The notes beneath the pieces were generated by a model. That model did no database searches, was not told the DNA's origin, and worked only from the letters and a program-made list of their open reading frames with translations. A program made the translations under genes and the position numbers. Positions 17,809 to 27,442 of a stretch of DNA of 64,000 nucleotides are shown in pieces. The stretch comes from Methanomassiliicoccales archaeon (GTDB lineage Archaea > Thermoplasmatota > Thermoplasmata > Methanomassiliicoccales > JACIVX01): the NCBI GenBank assembly GCA_029907465.1, contig JARYLV010000003.1, positions 71,168 to 135,167 on the forward strand. Reading direction: 5' to 3'. The number at the start of each line of letters is the position of its first letter. Within the stretch, counting starts at the first letter, position 1.

Positions 17809-19002
17809 ATGCAAATCGGTATCGTCGGCAAACCTAACGTGGGGAAGTCAACTTTCTTCTCTGCGGCAACCTTGGCGACGGTGGAGATTGCAGACTACCC
17901 ATTTACGACTATTAAACCGAACAGGGGAGTTGCCTACATCCGGGCAAAGTGCCCCCACACTGAGTTTGGTATCAAGTGCAATCCGAGAAATTCTGCCTGC
18001 GAAAACGGAATTAGGCTCGTACCAATTGAACTTCTCGACGTGGCAGGGCTTGTACCAGATGCATGGCAGGGCAGGGGACTAGGTAATAAATTTCTAGACG
18101 ATTTACGGCAGGCAGCAGCCCTCATTCATATTGTTGACGCAAGCGGCGGTACGGATGAGGAGGGGAATAAACTCCCACCTGGTTCTCACGACCCGCTTCT
18201 AGACATCAGATTCCTTGAGCGGGAAATAGCATACTGGATAAAAGGAATCCTCGAAAAAGGGTTTGCGAAGGTGGCGAGACAAGCGCACCTCGAAGGCATG
18301 AAGATTGAGAAGGCCCTTCATGAGCGATTGACGGGGCTCGGGGTATCAGAGACTGACGTCATCATGGCCATAAAGAACGCAGGATTGCCGGACAACCCCA
18401 TGTACTGGCAAGACGCAGATCTTCTGAGATTAGCAGACGCAATAAGGAAACAAAGTAAGCCGATGATCATCGCGCTTAACAAAGCCGATGTTGCGAACGA
18501 GGTCCAGCTATCGCGTTTGATGAATCTCGAGGGCTACATCACGATCCCCGTATGCGCAGAATCGGAACTCGGACTTAAGAGAGCCGCCAAGGCAGGACTG
18601 GTCCGATATATACCTGGTGACAAAGATTTCACGATCGTCGATCCCCAGAAACTCAACGAGAGCCAAAAAAAGGCGCTCGATTACTTCGCAAAGGTCATGA
18701 AAAAGTGCGGTCATGGAACCGGTGTACAGACTTGCCTAGAAAAAGCGGTATACGACCTTCTCGACATGATCGTTGTCTATCCAGTCGAAGACGATAACAA
18801 GCTCACTGATCATGATGGAAATGTCCTACCAGACGCGTACCTCGTGAAAAGAGGGAGCAATGCGAGAGATCTCGCGTATAAAATACATACAGAACTTGGT
18901 GACAATTTCGTGAGGGCGATTAATGCGAGAACGCATAGGACAGTTGGTCATGATTATATATTGCAAAATGGTGATGTAATAACTATCGTTGCGAGAAAGT
19001 GA
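17809..19002 (+). CDS. Obg/YchF-family GTP-binding protein with C-terminal TGS domain
   Basis: The G motifs are G1 GKPNVGKST, G3 DVAGLV and G4 NKAD. The C-terminal region …LQNGDVITIV is TGS-like. The protein is 397 aa. Confidence 0.85.
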   Translation: MQIGIVGKPNVGKSTFFSAATLATVEIADYPFTTIKPNRGVAYIRAKCPHTEFGIKCNPRNSACENGIRLVPIELLDVAGLVPDAWQGRGLGNKFLDDLRQAAALIHIVDASGGTDEEGNKLPPGSHDPLLDIRFLEREIAYWIKGILEKGFAKVARQAHLEGMKIEKALHERLTGLGVSETDVIMAIKNAGLPDNPMYWQDADLLRLADAIRKQSKPMIIALNKADVANEVQLSRLMNLEGYITIPVCAESELGLKRAAKAGLVRYIPGDKDFTIVDPQKLNESQKKALDYFAKVMKKCGHGTGVQTCLEKAVYDLLDMIVVYPVEDDNKLTDHDGNVLPDAYLVKRGSNARDLAYKIHTELGDNFVRAINARTHRTVGHDYILQNGDVITIVARK

Positions 19003-21425
19003 TTGATGTGGGTAGCTGGGACGTAAGACTTCTTACGGCGTCGTACCGAAGGAACGCAGACGACAACATCACGATTGAGATGTATGGAAAGACGACCGAG
19101 GGCAGGTCGATTGCCATCAGATTTACTGGATTCCTTCCATATTTTCATGTCATCGAACCAACGAGAGAAGTGATTGAATCACTAAAAAAAGATCCTAATG
19201 TCGTCGATATCGAAGATATAGAACTTTTCCACAGGGGGAAGGTGAACAAGGCTGCAAAGGTCGTTCTCAAGTTTCCCTGGACTGTCCCCGAGTACAGATC
19301 ACGATTGAAACGCATGAATTTCGAAGTCCTCGCAGCTGATATCCCCTTCCACAACCGATTTATTTATGACTTTGACATCCCCGCATGCATCCGCGTTTTC
19401 GGCCAGGAAAGGGATAAGACCGGTTACACAACAGATATCGTTGTCGACATGGATCGGGTAGACGGTAGGCCGCGCTTCGAAGAAATTCCGTCATTTAACC
19501 CGAAATTGAAGATACTGGCTTTCGATGTTGAGAACAGCATCAAAGATAATCATATTTATACAATTTGCTACGCGATCAAGGAGAACGGAAAGATTCGTCA
19601 CGGAGAACCCTTGACTGGAGAGGAGAAAGAGATCATTGAATCTTTTTCCAAAGTGATGCAGAGTGAGGATCCAGATGTGGTGACTGGGTACAACATCGAC
19701 GGCTATGATATCCCAATTATCATTGAGAGGGCGAAAGCGCACGGTATTCCGGGACTACAGTGGGGGAGGGATCTGAGTGAGCCCAGATCGATCATGAACC
19801 GGTTCTGGCGACTTACTGGGAGATTGGTTGCGGATGCATGGTGGGCAACAAAAATACAACTCAAACCTAAGCAAGAAACACTCAATCATGTCGCCAAATT
19901 ACTACTTGGAGAGGAGAAGATCGATGTTGACCCAAGGAAGATCGACGAGGAATGGATATCCAATAGAGATAAAGTCCTTAAGTATTGTCTGAAAGATGCT
20001 GAACTGTCATTGCGCATTCTGGAGACCGTTGATATTCTGAGGAAAAGCATGGACCTCGCCACCGTTTCGCGCCTGCCAGTTGATGACGTACTCAATTCCG
20101 GTGCTTCGCAACTTATCGACTCAATACTCATCAGGGCCGCTGATCGTCAGCGCCCTCCTGTTGGAGTTCCCTTGACTGGAAGCTCTGAAGACGAGGAGAC
20201 GATCGAAGGTGGGTATGTCCATACAATTGAGCCGGGAATATACCACTGGGTATGCATACTCGACTTCAAATCAATGTATCCCTCGCTCATCATCTCAAAA
20301 AACATCTGCTTCACAACACTGAATGAAAACGGAGATATCGTCAGTCCGACAGGTGTTCGCTTTCTCAGTAAAGAGCAGAAAGAAGGTTTGCTCCCCCAGA
20401 TACTAACAAAGTTAATGAAAGATCGTGATGAAATCAAAAGAAGAATGAAGGAAGCGAAGAGCATTGAAGAATACAAGTATTACGATGGACTGCAAGCTGC
20501 GATCAAGGTTCTCATGAACGCGTTTTATGGCGTCTTCGCCTCCTCCTTCTATAGGTTCACTGACCGGAAGATCGGTGGCTCGATTACAGCCTTTGCGCGC
20601 GAAACAATCAAGGGTATCATCGCGGAGCTTGAAAGGGAAGGGCATAAGGTCATTTATTCTGACACGGACTCGATCTTTGTCCAATCTCCATATCAGAACC
20701 TCGAAGAGACGATTAAATTCGGACAGGAAATCGCGGCGAGATTCTCGAACGAAGGTCGATCGCTTGAATTTGAAAAAATCATCGAGCCGCTTTTCACACA
20801 TGGAAAGAAAAAGAGGTACGTAGGCAGAGTGATCTGGCCCAATGAAGAAATACTGATCAGAGGGTACGAGGTGAGAAGAACCGATTCTTTCGACCTTCAA
20901 AGCGAGGTTCTCATGCGCGTTTTTGAGCAGATTCTCGACGGAAAACCAGAAGAGGCCGTGAAAGTCGCGCGACAGGCGGTCGCAGATACACTGACGGGGA
21001 AAGTCCCGATTGAGAAGCTTGTCATTTCGAGATCATGCAAACCCTTCAACCAATATAAAGACCCGGATAGCCAGGCTACGGTTCAAGCGGCTAAGAAACT
21101 CATGGCCCTAGGGTATGAGTTCGTTCCAGGTATGAAAGTCTCCTGGATCGTCACCGACTCCAACAAGACCCCACAGGAGGTCGAGCCGTACATTAGCGGC
21201 AAGAAATTCTCTGGGACACCCGACTGGCGCTACTACGCGGAGAGACTTGCTCAGACCGTTGCACGCGCAACTGAAGTATTTGGATGGGACGAGCGGAGTC
21301 TGATGATGGGGTCGCAGCAGTTCACACTCTTCGACGAGTCGTTTGAAAGAGCGAAACGCGAAGAAAAAGAAAGACAACAACCGAAGAAGACACAAAGAAA
21401 ACTTAGTCTAGAAGACTTCATGTGA
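18999..21425 (+). CDS. polB: Family B DNA polymerase (PolB)
   Basis: The motifs are Exo I LAFDVEN, motif A LDFKSMYPSLI and motif C VIYSDTDS. The protein is 808 aa and no intein is visible. The GTG start overlaps the GTPase stop as GTGA. Confidence 0.9.
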   Translation: MIDVGSWDVRLLTASYRRNADDNITIEMYGKTTEGRSIAIRFTGFLPYFHVIEPTREVIESLKKDPNVVDIEDIELFHRGKVNKAAKVVLKFPWTVPEYRSRLKRMNFEVLAADIPFHNRFIYDFDIPACIRVFGQERDKTGYTTDIVVDMDRVDGRPRFEEIPSFNPKLKILAFDVENSIKDNHIYTICYAIKENGKIRHGEPLTGEEKEIIESFSKVMQSEDPDVVTGYNIDGYDIPIIIERAKAHGIPGLQWGRDLSEPRSIMNRFWRLTGRLVADAWWATKIQLKPKQETLNHVAKLLLGEEKIDVDPRKIDEEWISNRDKVLKYCLKDAELSLRILETVDILRKSMDLATVSRLPVDDVLNSGASQLIDSILIRAADRQRPPVGVPLTGSSEDEETIEGGYVHTIEPGIYHWVCILDFKSMYPSLIISKNICFTTLNENGDIVSPTGVRFLSKEQKEGLLPQILTKLMKDRDEIKRRMKEAKSIEEYKYYDGLQAAIKVLMNAFYGVFASSFYRFTDRKIGGSITAFARETIKGIIAELEREGHKVIYSDTDSIFVQSPYQNLEETIKFGQEIAARFSNEGRSLEFEKIIEPLFTHGKKKRYVGRVIWPNEEILIRGYEVRRTDSFDLQSEVLMRVFEQILDGKPEEAVKVARQAVADTLTGKVPIEKLVISRSCKPFNQYKDPDSQATVQAAKKLMALGYEFVPGMKVSWIVTDSNKTPQEVEPYISGKKFSGTPDWRYYAERLAQTVARATEVFGWDERSLMMGSQQFTLFDESFERAKREEKERQQPKKTQRKLSLEDFM

Positions 21426-21587
21426 CGTCGCTGGCATTTGGCATTATGGTTTGATCAATGTGCATTTCAGACAAAAATTTATATATCGATATCACGTCTG
21501 CGGCATCAAGTCGCGCGACGCGGTCGCGCTGGAGATGTGCCCTTCTGGGTGAATCCGTAAACGCCGCATATTACGGCAGGTGACGAC

Positions 21588-22250
21588 ATGGCAGAGAATC
21601 ATGGAAATTTTGAAGAAAAGGAATCTTCTGGCGAGGGGAGCGAATCCCCCCAGCTCGTTTCTGGTAAAAGCATTTACCACTATATCGCCGAAGCGTGGAA
21701 CGATCCAGATGAATCGTATGTCAAACAACTACAGTTCGAAAGGTTGATACAGTGGAGAAGAGAAGAGAATTTCTGTCGGATTGATTATCCAACAAGACTG
21801 GACAGGGCAAGGAAACTCGGTTACAAAGCGAAACAAGGCTATGTACTCGTCAGAGGCAGAGTGAGAAAAGGTGCGCTTCAAAAAAGAAAGATAAGGAAAG
21901 GAAGAAGGGCGAAGCGCCGCGGGATTGTGAAGATCACAGCTGGAAAGAGCTTACAGAGAATTGCTGAAGAGAGAGCGGCAAAGAAATACCCCAACCTTGA
22001 GGTTCTGAATTCATACTGGGTCGGGAGTGACGGCAAGCACGAATGGTTTGAGATCATTATGGTCGATCCACATCACCCCGTGATAAAGAGTGATCCAAAA
22101 ATCAACTGGATATGCGACCCCGCGAATAAGGGAAGAGTGTATCGCGGGCTCACCTCGGCTGGAAAGAAAGGAAGAGGGCTTAGACACAAAGGCAGAGGTG
22201 CGGAGAAAGTCAGACCATCAATCGGCGCCCATAACAGACAGGGTAAGTAA
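21588..22250 (+). CDS. rpl15e: 50S ribosomal protein L15e
   Basis: The core is [13 protein letters not shown]…[18 protein letters not shown]…[21 protein letters not shown]. It carries an N-terminal acidic extension of about 26 aa. A TATA-like TTTATATAT lies upstream at about 21478-21486. Confidence 0.9.
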   Translation: MAENHGNFEEKESSGEGSESPQLVSGKSIYHYIAEAWNDPDESYVKQLQFERLIQWRREENFCRIDYPTRLDRARKLGYKAKQGYVLVRGRVRKGALQKRKIRKGRRAKRRGIVKITAGKSLQRIAEERAAKKYPNLEVLNSYWVGSDGKHEWFEIIMVDPHHPVIKSDPKINWICDPANKGRVYRGLTSAGKKGRGLRHKGRGAEKVRPSIGAHNRQGK

Positions 22251-22252
22251 AA

Positions 22253-23110
22253 TCAGGCGCTGATCTCCTTAAATTTCTTCCCAACCTCTTGGTCATCAAA
22301 TCCAATCAGTGGAAAGAAAGCAGGCACTGATAATTTGACCTTCTTTATCTCTTCCATTTCACTGCTGCCGTAGCCAAAAACGACCGCTAGTGCCCTGTAC
22401 TTCCGGACACATTGCTCGACTTGGCCAGATTGTTCGATCGTAAGACGTGGACTCCAAGCCTCGAGAATTTTTATCAATTCCCTCGAATCAGACAGGACGA
22501 TCACGCGACAGCCCCTCTTCATCATAAGCCACGCGGCCACGACATCTCTTTCTCGATTAACAATGGCTAGAACCTTTCCCTGGGAACCTAAAGGAAGACC
22601 GCCTGGACCAGGGATGTATTCTGAAAAAAAATAGGCTCTACTTCCACGAATCTCCACGAATATCTCGATATCAGGCGAAGCGAGGTCGACACTGATCGCC
22701 CTATCTTTATGTGACTCAAGGATTGCAGCCCCAAGTTCTCTGGCAACATCCATACTGCTGTAATCATGGCTGCCAGTACGTCGCACACGCAGCGCAAAAG
22801 TGCTCCCCTGCGTGAGAAGAGGTGCAGAATATTCAACGGCAAATGATCGCATTTCTTCGAGTTCACTGCTACAACTCGTAACAGAACTAATCGATGCGAT
22901 TCCGAAAATCCTCTTCAGACACTTGATTGCGCGATCGATATCGCGGGTTTCAACAAAAATCCTCCCCCGCTCTCGCTCGACGAGACATTCAATACCTTCT
23001 TTTGCAAAGGAGTCAAGGATGTTGTTGACAAGAATCCGCTCAAATTGGTTTCTGACCGACTCACTCTTGAGACCGACCTCAGCATAACGAACGAGGAGGA
23101 GCGACATCAT
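22253..23110 (-). CDS. ThiI-like THUMP-domain protein with a degenerate PP-loop
   Basis: The N-terminus LLLVRYAEVGLKSESVRNQFERIL resembles the ThiI ferredoxin-like and THUMP domains. GKVLAIVNRERDVVAAWLMMKRGC aligns with the ThiI sequence GKVL.LLSGGIDSPVAA.LMMKRG, but the SGGxDS motif is lost. The first ATG is at 23110, about 22 nt after a TATA-like box. Confidence 0.65.
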   Translation of the reverse strand: MMSLLLVRYAEVGLKSESVRNQFERILVNNILDSFAKEGIECLVERERGRIFVETRDIDRAIKCLKRIFGIASISSVTSCSSELEEMRSFAVEYSAPLLTQGSTFALRVRRTGSHDYSSMDVARELGAAILESHKDRAISVDLASPDIEIFVEIRGSRAYFFSEYIPGPGGLPLGSQGKVLAIVNRERDVVAAWLMMKRGCRVIVLSDSRELIKILEAWSPRLTIEQSGQVEQCVRKYRALAVVFGYGSSEMEEIKKVKLSVPAFFPLIGFDDQEVGKKFKEISA

Positions 23111-23244
23111 TTTGATGTGAAGCACATACGATTATATTTGAGCAGCGTCCGTGTACCAGCAGGAATGATCCCTTCTCTTCAGATGGCTAAGCAACAGTTA
23201 TCTATCAGACATTGATATGTCGGAGAATTGTTAGGCGGTTATCA

Positions 23245-24090
23245 ATGGAATTAATCGTCTTCGTCGGACTGATCGTTTTCGCACTTATTGCAGGCCTTCT
23301 CGGGTCTTTATTAGGTCTAGGCGGGGGCATCATCATCATTCCGGCCCTTACACTTGTCTTCGGTTATCAGATCCAAGTGGCAATTGGGGCAAGCCTCATC
23401 GGTGTCATTGCGACATCGACAGGCGCTGCATCACATTATGTTCACGAGAGGCTGACGAACATCAGACTCGGGATGATTTTGGAAACAGCGACAACACTGG
23501 GCTCGATCATCGGTGCCCTTGTCGCCGTTTATGCGAATCAGCATCTTCTTGCGATTGCATTTGGAGTTTTCCTTGTCTATGGCGCGATCTATATGATTCG
23601 CAGGCCAGAGCGTCTGACGCCACCCGCTCCAGACGGAGCTGGACAAAAATCTTTCAGAATTAGGGGTAGATTTTTTGATCGCAGGCTGAACAAAGAGGTC
23701 ACATACGAAGTGAAAAACATTGATCGGGGGTTAGTGGCGAGTGCCGGAGCCGGCATCATGTCTGGTCTTCTCGGTGTCGGCGGAGGTTTGGTCAAGGTTC
23801 CCGCGATGAACATTTGGATGGGTGTCCCGATGAAAGCAGCTACCGCGACGAGCAATTTCATGATTGGTGTCACAGCCCTCACAGGTGCGCTGATCTATTA
23901 TGGCTATGGCTTTTTGTCGCCGACCGTTAGTGCGATCGTCGCAGTTGGCGTCTTCTTTGGGGCAACTATAGGATCGCGCATCGCTTATTTGGCGACCGGA
24001 ACGGGTTTGAGGAAATTTTTTGCGGTCGTGATGATCTCAATCGCGATACTCATGTTCCTTCGCGGCATGGGAATCCTACCGACGGGGTGA
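23245..24090 (+). CDS. TauE/SafE (TSUP, DUF81) family anion exporter
   Basis: The protein is polytopic with duplicated LGLGGGIIIIP and LLGVGGGLVKVP motifs. The first ATG is at 23245; the track start is a TTG. Confidence 0.75.
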   Translation: MELIVFVGLIVFALIAGLLGSLLGLGGGIIIIPALTLVFGYQIQVAIGASLIGVIATSTGAASHYVHERLTNIRLGMILETATTLGSIIGALVAVYANQHLLAIAFGVFLVYGAIYMIRRPERLTPPAPDGAGQKSFRIRGRFFDRRLNKEVTYEVKNIDRGLVASAGAGIMSGLLGVGGGLVKVPAMNIWMGVPMKAATATSNFMIGVTALTGALIYYGYGFLSPTVSAIVAVGVFFGATIGSRIAYLATGTGLRKFFAVVMISIAILMFLRGMGILPTG

Positions 24091-24097
24091 GAAATCG

Positions 24098-24439
24098 ATG
24101 GAAGATAGGGGGAAACTGGATTCATACGTGAGAGGGGTTCTACTAAGCGGTATGGTCCTCAGCGTTTCACTACTAATTATAGGCCTTGCCGCCCTCTTTG
24201 TCTCCCCATCCGGTTGGAACGATATCACGATACCAATTGATCAGATTCCCGGTGAAATGTTAAAAGGGAACCCTGTCGCAATTTTGAATGTAGGCATTGT
24301 ACTGCTCATCGCAACGCCGCTGATGAGGGTCATAATAGCTCTTGCTGTTTTCCTCCTGGAAAAGGACTTTCGGTATGCAAGCATTTCACTATTTATCTTG
24401 CTGACGATTGGGATTGCAGTATTAATTGGTGCAGTGTGA
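24098..24439 (+). CDS. DUF1634-like small membrane protein
   Basis: The protein is 113 aa with 3-4 predicted transmembrane segments. It lies immediately downstream of the TSUP gene, which is the usual pairing. Confidence 0.55.
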   Translation: MEDRGKLDSYVRGVLLSGMVLSVSLLIIGLAALFVSPSGWNDITIPIDQIPGEMLKGNPVAILNVGIVLLIATPLMRVIIALAVFLLEKDFRYASISLFILLTIGIAVLIGAV

Positions 24440-24764
24440 TTTCCTCGTTCCAGAATTCTATGAGAATCGCACGGGGGAGGGACTAATCCCAGTCAGAGAC
24501 TATTTTCCAAGTATGATGAATCATCCCTTAAAATGGTTTTTTAAAACGAGTCCAGCTCAAGAAAGTTTGAGCCCGTTAAATAATTAACCAGAAGGATTAA
24601 GTTCAAAAAAAAGCAGAATGGTAACGTCCAGGGCATCGACTAACCATCAAAAATAGAAATGGAGATCAGATTGATTTAATGATTTTTAACTCGATTTTGA
24701 TCTCTCCAAGTGCTGAAAGGAACAATGTTAAATAGAGACCAGCCTATCCCCGTCAAATGATATC

Positions 24765-26276
24765 TTGATAGGGCGTAAATCTTTCCTCATCGTTCTTTCA
24801 CGATTCGCTTCGGCAGGACTCGCGTTCGTGGGTCTTTACTTCATGACGAGGTACTATGCGCCCGATGTTTACGGGAGCATTGCGTGGACCCTCTCATTTG
24901 TCAATACATTCAATGCAGTGGCTGATCTTGGCTTCAACGCTGCACACATAAAGCGCGTATCAGAAGGAAAAGACATCCACGACTGCTTGAGTACTTTTCT
25001 CGTAGTGAAGACCATCTTGACAAGTATAATGATATTGACGATCATAGCATCAGTACTACTTTGGTCGTCGTTTTCTGGCGAACGATTCTCACAGTCGACC
25101 CTCGAACTGATCATGTTATTCATCCTTTATTCGGTCTTTTACGACCTTGCTTCAATCGCCACTACGACATTTGATGGAAGGGTCGAAACCGCGAAAACGC
25201 AGGTCTCTGTGATAATGGACCCATTGGTAAGAATCCCACTTATTGCAATCATTTCGATCAGCAGACTCGACGCCACCTACATTGCCTATGCGTACGTCCT
25301 TGGTGGGCTGACAGTTGCAATCACCAGCCTCGCGATCCTCATGAGGGGACAGTATCGATTTGTAAAACCCACACTCTTCAAATCCTACGTTAAATTTGCT
25401 TTTCCAATCGCACTGATTTCGATAATGGGAGCGATATCTGCCAACGCAGACAAACTCTTGATCGGATTGTTCTGGAGCGATGCACATGTCGGCTTCTATT
25501 CCGCCAGCCAATCAACTCTTGGTCTATTCAGTGTAATTGGCGTTGCTGTTTCGACGATCACCTTCCCAACATTTTCCAGAATGCACAAAGCTGGCAATCT
25601 CATTGAAGTCAGAAAAAAGACAAAGATGGCGGAGAGATACATTTCGATGATCGCGATTCCTATAGTCGTTGTCGTTTTCTTATTCCCTTCCGAAATCGCT
25701 TTGATCCTTTTTGCAGAGAATTTTGTCCAGGCGAGCGGACCTCTGAGATTCCTATCGTTATCCATGCTGCTTGGATTGTTAAATGGCGTTTACGCAAGCC
25801 AGATTAACGCTGTCGATCGGCCCGATATTACTGCAAAGCTGACACTTGTGTCACTCTCCGTCAATCTATTAATGCTCCTAATCCTAGTCCCCCCAAGTAT
25901 AAATGGCATCACTATGCTTGGGTTGGGAGCGACCGGTGCCGCGATTGCGAATGTGGTGACAGTCGGCACCGTGTTTGTCGTGACCAGGCTAGTTGTGAAA
26001 AGACTGACGAACACACGGTCGAATCCACGAATCCTTCTCCACATCGTTGCTGGGATTATCACAGGTTGTATCCTCTATTTTGTGAATTTCATTTGGCCGC
26101 TGATGAGATGGTATGATCTCGTCGGATATGGGATTGTGTCGTTTGGTATATTTGTGACAATTCTCTTCTTACTGAGGGAATTCACCAGAGATGATATCAA
26201 TTACTTCCTAAGTGTTGTGAGTCCCAGCGGGATGAAGGAATACCTTAACTCGGAGCTTCGCAGGAAAAATCGATGA
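24765..26276 (+). CDS. Polysaccharide/oligosaccharide flippase (Wzx-like, MOP superfamily)
   Basis: The protein is 503 aa and highly hydrophobic, with 12 or more predicted transmembrane segments. It sits at the head of the glycan cluster. The start is a TTG and is uncertain. Confidence 0.7.
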   Translation: MIGRKSFLIVLSRFASAGLAFVGLYFMTRYYAPDVYGSIAWTLSFVNTFNAVADLGFNAAHIKRVSEGKDIHDCLSTFLVVKTILTSIMILTIIASVLLWSSFSGERFSQSTLELIMLFILYSVFYDLASIATTTFDGRVETAKTQVSVIMDPLVRIPLIAIISISRLDATYIAYAYVLGGLTVAITSLAILMRGQYRFVKPTLFKSYVKFAFPIALISIMGAISANADKLLIGLFWSDAHVGFYSASQSTLGLFSVIGVAVSTITFPTFSRMHKAGNLIEVRKKTKMAERYISMIAIPIVVVVFLFPSEIALILFAENFVQASGPLRFLSLSMLLGLLNGVYASQINAVDRPDITAKLTLVSLSVNLLMLLILVPPSINGITMLGLGATGAAIANVVTVGTVFVVTRLVVKRLTNTRSNPRILLHIVAGIITGCILYFVNFIWPLMRWYDLVGYGIVSFGIFVTILFLLREFTRDDINYFLSVVSPSGMKEYLNSELRRKNR

Positions 26277-26299
26277 TTATTAAAAATCGACCTTCTTAT

Positions 26300-27442
26300 T
26301 TAAAAAGAGGAGTAAGCTTCGATGAGACGGGATTTCATTAAATCCCAGTTGTATTCTCTTTCAGCCGCTGCGCGAGCGTTAGAACTAAACTTCATACGGA
26401 CAATGGGATCCCTCAACGCATTGATCGCTTGAAGGAAATTCTGCTCAGTCCATTCGATGACAATCCCGCATGAATATTTCCTGATAATATCTCCTGCCAG
26501 TGTGCCCTCCGATGCTATAACAGGAACGCCCAGGGCCATCGCCTCAAACAACCTGTTGGGGGTTCCAATCCTGTTGTTCCTGTTCCTGGGATCTAAAAGA
26601 CACAATGCAACATCAGCTTTTTTCAGTTCGTCCAACAATTTATCATGCGGCAAATATCCAAGAAATTCAACATTCGAGGACGCTTGAGATATTTTTTCGA
26701 GCTGGCTTGCAAGACGGCCAGATCCCGCAATCTTAAAAATGAAAGACTGAGAGGAAACTGCAAGATTGGCGACCTCTAACAAATATCTAAGTGGTTCCAA
26801 GCTTCCACCGTAAAAAACAACGAGCTTTTCAAGCTCTCCTGGCGGGCGTCTCGCGTTGTTGGGAAAATCGGGGAGATCGATGCAATTCATGACGATCACT
26901 GGTTCAACGTGAGAATGATCACGAAGGATTTCCGCGACTTTTTCATTCACAGTAATGACAACATCCGCTTTGCCGATGAGCGATTTCTCCATTGAATCAA
27001 GGAGGTTTGATAAAAAAGGTGGGACATCTTCGAAAACCATACTCGCATAATGCTCGTGAGCATCGTAAATGAGTGGAACACCCCTGAGTCTTGAAACTAT
27101 CATGCCCTGGAGGAGCGTATCAAAGTCGTGGGAATGAATTATATCACAACTCGTTTTCAACGCTCTAAGAATCATCTTCACCATGAAGAATGGGAAATTG
27201 AGAACGAGCGATCCAATGTCCTTAACTGGCAGGGTCCTAATCCTTCGGATTTCGATTCCATTGGAAGATTCATTTATCGCCTGCTTGCACCTGCGATCCC
27301 AGCAAATTATTCTAACTCTATATCCTTCACCCAAGAGAGTAAGTGCTTCCTTCTCAACTCTTGGATCTGGCCTGTATTCGTTTGATAGAAGCATGAGAAC
27401 GGTTTTCTCGGCCGGCGCCTTTCTCCTATACGTGAGTGTCAA
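26300..27442 (-). CDS. Glycosyltransferase, GT4 (GT-B) family
   Basis: The N-terminus LMLLSNEYRPDPRVEKEA and the C-terminal motif GTPNRLFEAMALGVPVIAS (EX7E-type region) support the call. The start is either TTG 27442 or ATG 27394. Confidence 0.75.
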   Translation of the reverse strand: MTLTYRRKAPAEKTVLMLLSNEYRPDPRVEKEALTLLGEGYRVRIICWDRRCKQAINESSNGIEIRRIRTLPVKDIGSLVLNFPFFMVKMILRALKTSCDIIHSHDFDTLLQGMIVSRLRGVPLIYDAHEHYASMVFEDVPPFLSNLLDSMEKSLIGKADVVITVNEKVAEILRDHSHVEPVIVMNCIDLPDFPNNARRPPGELEKLVVFYGGSLEPLRYLLEVANLAVSSQSFIFKIAGSGRLASQLEKISQASSNVEFLGYLPHDKLLDELKKADVALCLLDPRNRNNRIGTPNRLFEAMALGVPVIASEGTLAGDIIRKYSCGIVIEWTEQNFLQAINALRDPIVRMKFSSNARAAAEREYNWDLMKSRLIEAYSSF

